Assembly (NCBI GenBank): GCA_043228905.1
Contig: JBHGNT010000016.1
Coordinates: 10,850,001-10,914,000 of the forward strand
Direction of reading: 5' to 3'
DNA: 64,000 bases
From: Azolla caroliniana
Lineage: Eukaryota; Plantae; Polypodiophyta
Positions within the stretch are counted from its first letter, which is position 1, and each line of letters opens with the position of its first letter. Positions 1-11,500 of this stretch are shown here, piece by piece. A model generated the notes under the pieces. That model was not told the DNA's origin and made no database searches. It was given only the letters and a program-made list of their open reading frames with translations. Made by a program: the position numbers and the translations under genes.

Positions 1-3000
1 TACGTCGCCTCTTCAGTCGAAGTTTTAACAACCGATCCGAACATCTTGTCCATAGAGAACCCAATCGAATCAGAAGTCCTGCTTACGACTGAAGAATCGA
101 GCACATGGCTTCTGGACTCGGGCGCATCGTATCATGTGACAACTCACCGATCTCAGTTTTGGCAATACTCGGACCGGCACTCCGACTCAGTTCGAGTCGG
201 AAACTCGCAGCATTGTGCTATAATCGGAATCGGCACCGTAGAGCTCAATCTTCCGGGAGGCTCTACACTCGTACTACACAACGTCTGACACGTTCCTGAT
301 CTTTCAAGACCCTTGATCTCATTCGAACAACTTGACGAAGCCGGCATCCGTGCCGGATTCTCATCAGGAGGGTGGACACTCCACAAAGGGAACCTCCTGC
401 TTGCTCAAGGACCAAGGGTACATTCCTTGTATCCTTTATATGTCACACTCAAAGAGGGTGAATTATTTTTGGTTGATATCCCCGTGTCATCGTTATGGCA
501 CGGACAACTTGGACACCTCAGCAAGGCCGGCATAATGCACCTATCCAGAGCCGGTTACATCCCCAAACTCTCTTTCTCGGATCACCAATTCTACGAGCAT
601 TTCCAGTACGGCAAACAGGTAGCCGCATCACACCCGACATCGGCACCAAGAGAATCGAGCCCACTCGATTTGGTCCACTCGGACGTCTGTGGCCCGATGC
701 CACATCAGCCTCTCGGCGGTGCTTCATACTTCGTCAGTTTTATTGACGACTAGACTCGGAAGGTGTGGGCTTACCCCATTAGAACCAAAGATCGGGTGTT
801 CTCGATCTTCTCTGAATGGCTTGCAATGGTCGAAAATCAGACCGGTCGGCAATTGAAATGTCTCCGAACCGACAATGGAGGAGAATTCAAGTCTGAAGAA
901 TTCATCAAATTCTACCGGGAATGCGGCATTCGACGTGTATATACGACACCCTATAGTCCGGAGCAGAACGGAATTGTTGAACGCATGAATCGGACGATTC
1001 AAGAACGCGTAGTATCCATGCTCCAACACTCTGAACTGTCGGATGGATTCTCAGCGGAGGCTCTACTTACGGCAGTACACATAATCAATATGTCACCAAG
1101 TAGACCTCTAAGACTTCAAATACCTCAGGAAATATGGACCGGTAGTAAGCCGAATTATGACAAACTGAGGATCTTCAGTTGCGAGGCGTATGCTCTCATA
1201 CCGAAAGATGACCACCGGAAACTCGAACCAAGGTCAAGGAAATGTGTTTTTCTTGGATATGGACCCGACGGAGAGATCGGATACCAACTCTGGGACCCCG
1301 AGCATAGACAAATCGTCTGAAGTTCATACGTCGTGTTCAACGAGTCGGCTATGCATAAAACGGCCGAAAGGCCTATTGAAGTCCGAAGGGTAATATTTTC
1401 CGAAGTGCCAACCCTTCATGACGGCCCAGTCCACAACACAAGATTGGTTTCACAGGTAACTGACAACTCTCGCACCAAATCCGCCGATTCGGCACAACCG
1501 AATGGCTCGACTCCCGACCATCCAACATTGACACCCGGTGCGACTAGTCCAGTCATACCTCGCAGATCCGAGAGACTGCCGCAACCTTCGAAGAGGTACC
1601 CTCCCGGAATTTTCTTTACCAACGCCGGCGAACCGACGTCCTACGAAGAAGCATCGACATCTACCGATTCAGCCCCATCGCATCTAGCAAGGAGTCGGAA
1701 ATGCACTCCATTCGGGAAAACAAGACTTGGGACTTGGTCGAATTACCGAAGAATCAACGTGCTCTTCCGTGTAAGTGGGTCTATCGACTAAAAGAGACGT
1801 CCGACTCGACCACCCCAAAGTACAAGGCCAGATTAGTTGCGAAGGGATTTCGACAAGAATATGGCGTCGACTTCGACGAAATCTTTTCACCAGTGGTGAA
1901 AATGAAGACCCTTCATTTCATGCTCGGCGTCGTGGCTGCTGAAAACGTGGAGCTGATTCAGCTAGATGTAAAAACGGCATTCCTCCACGATGACCTACAG
2001 GAGGAAATCTACATGGAGCAGCCGAAAGGCTTTGTGGCATCCGGCCAGGAACATCTAGTCTACCGACTCAGGAAGAGTCTCTACGGCCTGAAACAGGCAC
2101 CCTGACAGTGGTACAAGAAGTTCGACGACTTCATCCAATTATTCAGCTTCTCAAAGAGAGATGAGGACCACTGTCTCTTCACCAAAACAGCTCAAGACCA
2201 ATCTCCCGTCTTCCTCATCATCTACGTGGACGACATGCTACTCTCCGGTCGGCATGCCGGAGAGCTCACCGAACTCGTTCAGCAACTGCGGTTGAAGTTT
2301 GCCATGAAGGACCTCAGTCCGGCAAGACACATACTTGGTATGAAGATTAGTCAGTATCGCGATACACGACAACTTTTCTTGTCTCAAACCGACTACATCG
2401 GATTTGTCTTAGAATGCTTCAACATGCAAACGGCCAAGTTTGCTTCGACCCTGCTCCCCATTAACCTTCAGCTGTCTCAGCGAGACTGTCCGACATCCGG
2501 TCCGGAGGGGGAAGATATGAAGTCGGTACCGTATGACCGGCAGTTGGCTCCCTCATGTACGTGATGGTCGCGACACGGCCTGATATTTCTCACGCCGTAG
2601 GAGTCGTCAGCAGATTCATGCACAACCTCGACCGATCGCACTGGAACGCAGTTAAGCATGTGTTTAGATATCTAGCTAGCACAAAAGACCATGGCATTCT
2701 TTTCAGCCCAAACTCAACCTCAAGCGTAGTCGGTTACACTGACTCGGACTTCACCGGCTGCGTGGACAGTCGGAAATCAACAACCTGATACTGTTTCAAA
2801 TTCGGCAATGGAGCAATCTCGTGGAAGTCAAAACTTCAGGAGTGCACAACCACCTCAACGACCGAAGCAAAATATGTAGTTGCGTCCGACGCGGCAAAAG
2901 AAGCTTTATGGCTCAATCGGGTGGCGCACACGTTTCGACAGGTCGACTCCGACTTGGCTCTAGTTGTCTACAGTGACAGTTAGGGTCATTTCAGAGACAA

Positions 3001-3122
3001 TTGGTTTCGAGAAGATATCCACAACCGATAACGTCGCAGATGGAATGACCAAGTGTCTTTCGGCGGATCGTTTCTGGTCCCTTCGGCACCAGATGGGCGT
3101 AACGAAAAATCGGTCTAGTTAA
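1..3122 (+). pseudogene. Degenerate copia pol (PR-INT-RT-RH)
   Basis: Domains spread over ORFs 46-288, 313-753, 763-1320, 1701-2105, 2226-2788. Many in-frame stops, frameshifts, and a deletion in RNase H near 2985. Confidence 0.88.
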
Positions 3123-3324
3123 AGTTGGACACACAGCACAGGATGGTTTCGGACCACCGACATCAGTTCTCTGAGGATCGGCTTTAGCTCTTTTGACCCG
3201 ACCGATTCGGTCTTCTATCTTCGGATCTTACCGACTCTGACAAAACCAATATGTCCGTTAAACCTTGTATATATATACCTGTAATTCTGTAAGATAACCC
3301 ATGTATACGCCCATTACGGGGGAG

Positions 3325-3514
3325 TGTCAAATACGAGTGTATAATGACCGTATTTACACTGTCCCTTTGGACAACCCCAGTTCGGGCTATTTCTGTAAAT
3401 AGCATAAAGGGCAGTTGCCCTAGGATAGTCACTATATAAAGTGACTTTGTAACCTTTAGTGAAGGTTGGCTGTCATTTGTAACTGTTGCTATTGAATATA
3501 ACGTTTCCTTTGTG

Positions 3515-3566
<52 letters not shown>

Positions 3567-3652
3567 TGTGTCTATCTTGCTCACGCATACACAGGTTCTT
3601 CTTCATCATGAATGTTGCTTGCACTTCCGCATTGACGGCCTTGTCCCCAACA
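3325..3652 (+). repeat. 3' LTR of the copia element
   Basis: Starts TGTCAAA directly after the PPT, contains TATATAAA and a (CT)n tract, and plausibly ends TCCCCAACA at 3652. The end cannot be confirmed without the 5' LTR. Confidence 0.6.
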
Positions 3653-3801
3653 GTTTACATGTATCTATGGCCGTCTTCACCTTCATCGACAAAAGCGGTG
3701 GTGGCTCTTGGAGTGCTAAGCAACACCTTGCTTCTGAGGATGGAGGTTGCCTTAACAGATCGACTGGTTCTTCCTTCAATCTTTAGCAATTGCTTATGAA
3801 G

Positions 3802-3861
<60 letters not shown>
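3802..3861. repeat. (CT)n microsatellite
   Basis: Seen directly. Other tracts: (CT)n 3516-3562, (GA)n 4254-4292, (GT)n(GA)n ~47258-47339. Confidence 0.95.
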
Positions 3862-3864
<3 letters not shown>

Positions 3865-4250
3865 CGCTTTTGGATCGATCTTCCAGGTAATCATTGGAGG
3901 TGGAGGAGGGGCAGCTTTGTGTCTATTGGAGCAATAGCATCGGCTAGGGGTGGGGGAGGGGGTAGTGGTAGTGCTCCTATTGTCGAAGAGAAGAAGAAGT
4001 AAAAGAGAAAGAAGAAGAAAGCGATGATGATATGAGATTCTCATTGTTTGATTAAAATTAATTAATTCAACTATCAGAGTAGAAGTAGTCTTTTTATTTG
4101 CATTTTGTATTCGGCCTTTTCCACTTTATTGAGTCTAGTTTCTTAGAAAAAGTAGCTAATTGGAATTTATTTATAAGGGTTTTTTCTTCATGACATGGAT
4201 GTATGTATGTTTACATTTTGGAGTTATCAATAGTAAGTGAGTTGCTTTGG

Positions 4251-4294
<44 letters not shown>

Positions 4295-5278
4295 AAAGAA
4301 AGCAAAGAGAACAAGAGAGAAGGAGCCATGAGTGTGATTGACCTTTTCGAAGTGGCCCTCCTTTGGCAAGCAAGGATGTGTAGGATGAGCTACAAGAAGG
4401 CGAGAATTTGTGGCCATTAAGATCCAAACCACTTTTCGAGGGTTATTGGTTTAGTACCATATCAATTTTTTACCATATTCATATGTGTGCATGTGTATTT
4501 GCATATGCATGGTTGTGTTTGTATGTGTCTATTTGTATGCATGTATGAATGCATGCACACATGCATTGGTAGCATTCTATCTCATGTTCTTTTTTTCCAT
4601 GTTAATTTGTGTATTTGCTATTGTCATTTCATAGGCAAGAAGAGTTCTTTTGGTCTTGAGAAGTCTCATGGGGAGCTCATGATGGGGTGCTTTCTCTAGG
4701 AAGAACCATACCAAGCTCGATTCGAGTAATGCTACATTGTGAGGCAAGTTGTGAAGAGTATTGTTGCATAAACAAGACTTGCTCGTCATTGCATTGTCCC
4801 GATATGTATTCTTCTTGTGACCTTGGTGGATGTTGAGCCTTGTTCTTCACTCATTGTGGCACGTTTTGTCCTTTTTCATGCAAATAAAGTCATGAGAAAA
4901 TATTGAACACTATTCTTCTTAGGAGCTTAGTAGAAACCAAGTTTGGTTGTGCATATTGTTCAAGGAATGTATAATAGTTTAGGAAAATGTATTCATTGTG
5001 TTTCCTTTTTATTCTTGAAATTGAAACGAAATGATGAGAATTTTTTTTACTTTAGGAAACCCTAATCCCAATGATTTTCGACCTTAGATGATGGCTATCC
5101 ACCTCGACCTTCGCAGAGGCAGAAACAAACATTACCAAAAGACCCCTACATATGGTCACTTTGGTCGTGATGACCCCGACTTCACATGGGAAATCGTTAG
5201 GCCATTAAAGTGGGAGAAAGCTTAGCTCGGCTTAACTTTTGATTAGTTATTATCAAAGTGAAACAAAAAGCTGACAAA

Positions 5279-5700
5279 ATTTATTTTTATTTTTTTTTTC
5301 CAAAAAAAAAAACTACTTCCATTAGTTAAGCAATGTACAAAGGATAATTTACAACTCATATCTTACAAGACATCTTGCATGTCGAAGGCAAACAATATGT
5401 GTAGATGAAACAAACAAAAACAACTCCAAAGCACCACATCATTCGATGTGAATAGCATTACTCAAACGCATATTCTCCACGTGAGCCTCATACAAGCAGA
5501 ATTCAACATAGATGTCCTCCATTCACTCCTCATGGCAGCACCCATCTAGATGTTAGGTACACTTGGAGGGAACAACCACCGTGGTGGTTGATAATTCCAC
5601 TTCACTTTACCATCCATTATCTGTAGCTTCGACGAACCGTTCCATTTCAGCAAGAAACGAGCTCTAGCTTCTTCACTTGCGTCAGATGGCCCTTGAAGAC
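5279..5700 (-). mobile_element. Possible 5'-truncated LINE 3' end
   Basis: Minus strand reads LQGPSDASEEARARFLLKWNGSSKLQIMDGKVKWNYQPPRWLFPPSVPNI*, then ~250 bp and an A-rich tail (T-rich on + at 5279-5299). No TSD found. Confidence 0.3.
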
Positions 5701-6609
5701 TAGGGGTTTTGCTTATGATCTATGTCTTTCTTTCTATTAGAGAAGTATGCAAAAATAAGAATGAAATGGTTAGAACGGAAAGTATAGAGGGAGATGATAT
5801 TTTGCTTATTTCAAATTCTTTCTCTTAAAACTCCTTTTTAACTAATATGGGAGTTTTGTCCCATTTGTTTGAAGTTTTTTCTTTTTATATTTGTTTTCTT
5901 TTCATTATTTCAAATGGAAGAAAAATAATGAGCTATTTATAAGAGAGCACAACAACAAATATTCATCTACTATGTGTGGTGATGGAGATGTTGAGTTAAT
6001 TAGATATCTTCATCAAAGACTCGTTGTGCTTAATTGCTTTTCTGTATGATATCTTTCTATTTAAGGATATGGAGCTTTCAATACTTGAGACTAGGTTTCA
6101 CATCTAACTAGATTTTATTTTGGTGTTTAGTTATGCCAAGAATGCACCATCAAGGCTCTCACACCATGAGTTTGTTTTGAGGCTAGCTATCAAGGGAGGT
6201 CGAAGCATGCATTTCTTCCTATGATTGCCTTCTGTTCTATAAGTATGGGTGATCTTCATTCCTTTCATAACTTTTTGGATTTGGAGATTGACATTTATTA
6301 GGAACATTTTTGAAGCCAAGTGGGTGTTTATTCATCGAATCCCACCCACTTTAATCTTCACTGAGTGTGTCTATGGATTTGTATTATCACCTAACATTGT
6401 ATTCATCGTTCTTGGTGCTACATGATTAGGAGAATGCAAGGTCCTCATTTCTACTTGTTGTAAAGGAAGGAGATTGATAAATAAATCATTGCATGTGTTG
6501 TAATATATTACTTTCCTCTCATCTAATGAATTATTGTTTGTTTCAAACATTACTTGAACCGTATGTATTTCATTATTATAGCAAGTTGGTTTTGCATGTG
6601 TTTGTTTGT

Positions 6610-6785
6610 TGCAATATACCACACATACAATATAATACATACATAAATAAACATGGAATACAATATATACATGCAATGCAATACATACATATGAACACAC
6701 ACATAACACATACATACATAAAATATATACAACATATGCAATACAATATAATACATACATACACACATGTATAAAACATACATGT
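6610..6785. repeat. Low-complexity (ACAT/ATAC) simple repeat
   Basis: Degenerate tacata/acatat runs seen directly. Confidence 0.8.
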
Positions 6786-6974
6786 GTCTTCTATGTAAGG
6801 GCATTTAAAATGAGTTGTTGTCAAAATATATATTGGTACTAAGGGGTATTTTTATTAACCGTGTTTTTATAGAAAGGGTATCTAAAATAGTAAAAAACAT
6901 ACGTATAAGGGGTTTATAAAAGGTGTCATGAAGGCACATGATATAACCTCTTTATATATAGTGGAGCCCCCGAG

Positions 6975-8008
6975 GTTTTTTTAGGGATATCTGATGAGCT
7001 TGGACAAAATTCCTATCCATGAAGCAAGAGTTGGCTCTGGAATCTAAGAGTGCTAAGACATGTACTGGAGTAGCACTTTTAGTACTAACCATTACTTGAG
7101 CTAAGAACACATTGCTAACTTGCTTAGAGGGAATGAAACCACTAATGGGCTACACAAATCTAGGGCTATCCAACCAAATGACTCATATTTTGGCTAGACT
7201 TGGTCGTTTAACTCTTCTTCTAATTGACTAAGGACTTCAAATTTGTTAGATAGATTTGGACGATTAGTATTATTAGAACTATAAAAAAATTCTAATGAAA
7301 TAGACTCTGGTTTAGTAGAAGCTGCAACTTGATTTACCTGTCTTCTTGGCCTATGTGGATAGTTTATTGCAATATGCCCTGACCCTCCACAATAGAGACA
7401 TAATAGATTTGCTCGGCGTCGTTGCTTTTCTTCTTCTGACAATGGACCCCGGAGATGTATTGTATGACTCCCTTGCAAATGGTTTTGCTGTGACCGAGGT
7501 GTATGTGGGCTCCAACCTGGTCCTTGGCATTTGTAATGTCGCTCGAAAAGCCGGTTATCGCATTTTACTGCTCGATTGATTGCCTCTGTGAGTGATTTTG
7601 GTTCTTCAGGGAAAGTCAGGAGTAAGTCTTTGACATCATTTCGTAGTTCGTATCGAAAGTGTTCCATTAATGCTTGATCATCCTAGGGGATATCGGAGGC
7701 GGGTAGACAGAAATTTGCAGCGTATGCAGAGGCTAGACGATCGCCGTGACGTAATCATCGGATTTTGTTGATTGCCATCATTATGCTATCAATATCTCCA
7801 ATACAAGCTTTAAAATCGCTTACAAACTCCTCAAAATTATTTAGCAATGGAGATTCTTTTCTAACAATGGAGCGAAGCATGCCAAAGCTGAGCCACTTAG
7901 TAATGTGCCTACTAGACCCACTCGTGATGCATCGATGGGATATTAGGAAGGATGCATTTGAATGACTAATCATACATGATTAAGGAATCCTCTGAACTAT
8001 GATCGCGT
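6975..8008 (-). pseudogene. Tcn1-like chromovirus (Gypsy) gag C-terminal part plus protease start; 3' half of a split element
   Basis: TRS*FRGFLNHV...SPLLNNFEEFVSDF, zinc knuckle CLYCGGSGHIAINYP, protease ALLDSRANSCFMDRNF (~7000-7060). Truncated near 6975. Confidence 0.82.
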
Positions 8009-8590
8009 TGTCATGCCTTTCGACGCCGGATCGTTGCGTGAGTCAGGTGGAAACCGTTGAGGTTATGGACTAGGAGGAGGAGAGTTTTAAGGCTAATAAG
8101 AATATTTGTATACTATAAGAAAGAGATATAAAAACCTTGTAAATCCTATGAGTGTATTGTATTATATTATTCAACCCTTAGAATTCTAATAGTAAGTTGG
8201 ATTAGATTACAAAAGATAGATAAAAAATTGGGAATTCCCGAATTTAGTCAATTAGATCAATATTAAGAACCCCCACATCAACAACCACCCTTTACCATTT
8301 GCTCCCCCATCCTTATATAGTGATGTGAGAGTCTAAGTTTGCCACATGCAAGCATCATGCCTTTTCTAACTCTAGTGTATATGCACACTACATGTCCATC
8401 CTTAACTTTTCCCATCATGCTTTTTCTTTAACTCAAGTGTTCATGCACACTACATGTGCATGGTTAGCTTTTCTATCACACTTTTTCATTTAACTTGAGT
8501 GTGTATGCATGAATAACTTTTTCTATCATGCTTATTTAGAATATTTACATGGGATAAAGTTTGGTATAACTTTAATACTCATAATGTGGT
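8009..8590 (-). repeat. 3' LTR of element X, distal part (interrupted by the copia)
   Basis: TGTCATGCCTTTCG... matches 38411 onward and continues at 14249 after the GTGGT TSD. Confidence 0.85.
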
Positions 8591-11500
8591 TGTAAAAGAA
8601 TACGTGTGCGGAAGCGTATGCATAAGACACTGAGTACACGGTTCGGAAGTACGACAATTCGATAAAACACAAAAACCAAAAAGAGGGAGAGGGAGAGAGA
8701 GAGAGAGCAGAAAACGTAACTATATTCAAAAATCGTAATTCTCTGTATGTTCTCTGTACATACTTGGTGCTTAGTGAGCACCTTTTATACAAGCCCTGAC
8801 TATCGGGCTGACACAAGTACTTACAGTACCTAACTGCTCATAAATGAGCATCCTACACTTACCCCCAAAATCATTCCTTACAAGGAATAACATTCTAACG
8901 GCCTCTCACAGTTTACATACCGCTACGGCCATATTTTGTGCACAGTTTTACTCACCTAGTCTACGTACTACGTTACGCACCCGTTTACGCTCCCAATGTT
9001 GATCTTGTCTCCCCCTCAAGCTCAACTTGAGGTTCCATATGCTTTTCCGGATCTTCGCACCGGACTCTCCTGGCTTCACGCCCCGCTCGCGCTCCTCGAC
9101 CCATTCGATTCCGCACGCTTCGACCCTTCCAGTCGGCTTGTCTGCTCATGCGGCCTTTCTCAACTCCCTTGCTTTCGTGGTGTTGGCACTTATTTTGCTG
9201 CCCTTTTCTCCGCTTGGCCCTCAGTTGATTCCGCGTATCCGAATCGAACATTTCCGATTCATTCCCGCTTTCACCCGAATTGGTTGTCTCCAATTCGTCT
9301 TCTATCTTCAGGCCCTTAACTACGTTCGACCATGTCTTAGTCTTGGCCTTTACACCTTTCTTGGCTTTCTTTCCCCTTTGTTTGGCTATTTTCGGCTCTT
9401 CCTTGTGATTACGGCCCCTATTTTATTCTTCGTCTTCTTCAAGTGGCCCGAAATCGAATTCTTCATCTGATTCGGCATCGCGGTTACTACCGCTCCTTTC
9501 CCGCTCCTATTCCTGTTCCTGTCTCCCCCTCAAGTTCGGCATGTCGAGGTGCCGCAAACCCAGCTCAACCGAGAAATGTCGTAACTTGTCAAGACCAAGG
9601 GGCTTGGTGAAGATGTCGGTAATCTGCCGACCTGTCAGAACATATGCCAGTTCGACTTCACCAGAAACAACACACTCGTGGACAAAATGGTAGTGCACCT
9701 CAATATGCTTGGTCCGAGCGTGGAATACTGGGTTTTTCGCAAGGTGGATGTTGTTGAGGTTGTCTACGTGCAGATCCTGTAATAGTCATTTCAACCAAAT
9801 GACTTCGCACGTGCGACAGTCGCCCCTTGATATTCGGCCTCTGCGCTTGACAGTGCGACTGTTAGCTGCTTCTTACTCCTCCATGCGATCACCACACTTT
9901 GCAATGACAATGCGTATCTGGATGTGGATCTACGATCGTGGGCACTTCCGGCCCAATCGGCATCCGTGTAGCCGACTAACTATTCGGCTACGCCTGCACA
10001 ATACAACGCTATGTCTTTCGTGCCATAAACATATCATAATATCCTTTGCGCGCACTGAAGGTGTTCAGTCGTGGGATGCGACATAAATTGACTGATCATT
10101 CCAACCGGATAGGTGAGGTTCGTCGGAGTGATTGTCAAGTAGATGAGGCTTCTGACAATCTGTCGAAACCGTGTTGGGTCGCACGCCTTTCCCGAATCTC
10201 GGCGAAGCTTTACGTTTCTATCCAGAGGGGTCGAGATGGGCTTACAATCGGCCATCCCAAACTTGAAGAGCATATTTAGTACGTAGTGACGCTAACTGAT
10301 CAATATGCCTTAGGGGGAACGGATCACTTGGATCCCGAGGAAGTAATGAAGGTCGTCAAGATCCTTCATTTCGAACGATGCCTCAAGTTGAGACTTTACG
10401 CGGACGATTTCCTTCAAGTCAGCGCCGGTGAGGATAAATCATCAACATAAAGTAAAAGACAAACCGGGCCACGTCGACCTTGCCGAACGAACAATGAAGA
10501 GTCTGACTTTGATGTCGTAAACCCCACTCTACGCAACCGTTGTGTAATCTTCGCGTTCCAAGCTCATAGGGCTTGCTTAAGTCCATATAACGGCATCTTC
10601 AATCGGCATACGGCCGAAGCATTCTGTTCGGATAGAAATCCAGGGGGTTGTACCATGTACACCTATTCCTCAAGATCACCTTCTAGGAACGCATTCGTTA
10701 CATCCATCTGATGTAGATGCCACCCCTTCGTCGCAACTACGACTAATAGAACTCACACGGTAGTCATCTTCGCGACTAGGGTGAAGGACTCGTCGTAATC
10801 TACGTCGGGCTTCTGCACGTAGCCTTTCGCAACCAAACGGGCCTTATATTGATTGACTGAGCCATCGGTGTTGTATTTCATCTAAAACACCCATCTGCAT
10901 CCGATCAGCTTAACACCTTTACGTGCGTCAACCAGGCCCCAAGTCTCGTTGTCCAATAATGCGCGCATCTCTTCCTCCATCGTGGCACGCCAGTTTGCAT
11001 CTTCCGCTGCTTCTACGTAGCTCTCCGGCTCACGCACTTCCGCCGCTCACATCATGTTCGCATAATGATGCGCCATGTACTCATTATACCCGTACCTCTT
11101 TATGGGGTTCTTCAGGCAGGTAGATCGGTGTAATTCGTGATTACCAGAGATTTCACGACCTTTTTGGTTGATTTCAACCCCTTCAGTTGATGTTCTTTCT
11201 CGATTGGTCCGAAATCAGATTCACTCTGATCTGACTCGGCATTGCCGAAATCGTATTTCGACATTTTCTTCTTCCCTTTTTCTTTACGCGTAAACCGTCT
11301 CCTCAGTTCTTTACGCGGGGACAACACAGCCGAGTCTGCACTACTCGTGGGCTCTTCATTTGGTTGACCATCTCGGCCCAACCTCTCATTCGGCCCACTT
11401 AGCTGAAATGAGATCGAACTCTCCGTCAGAACTCCGATATCCTCATCACACCGAGGCATCTCAGCCTCGCTGACCTCTTCTTCAAAATTCGAAACAAAAT

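Larger units (their letters stand above)
1..3652 (+). mobile_element. Ty1/copia LTR retrotransposon (Tork/Tnt1-like), decayed, 5' part outside the window
   Basis: Protease WLLDSGASYHVT, GAG-pre-integrase, integrase (LVHSDVCGP, LRTDNGGEF, PEQNGIVERMNRT), RT (GVDFDEIFSPVVK, LYGLKQAP, YVDDML) and RNase H (VVGYTDSD) in copia order. PPT TTACGGGGGAG at 3314-3324, followed by a TG...CA LTR. Confidence 0.9.

Noticed and set aside
3184-6824. Short ORFs with (RE)n, (SL)n or C/M/Y/V-rich translations
   Set aside because: Translations of microsatellites and low-complexity DNA.
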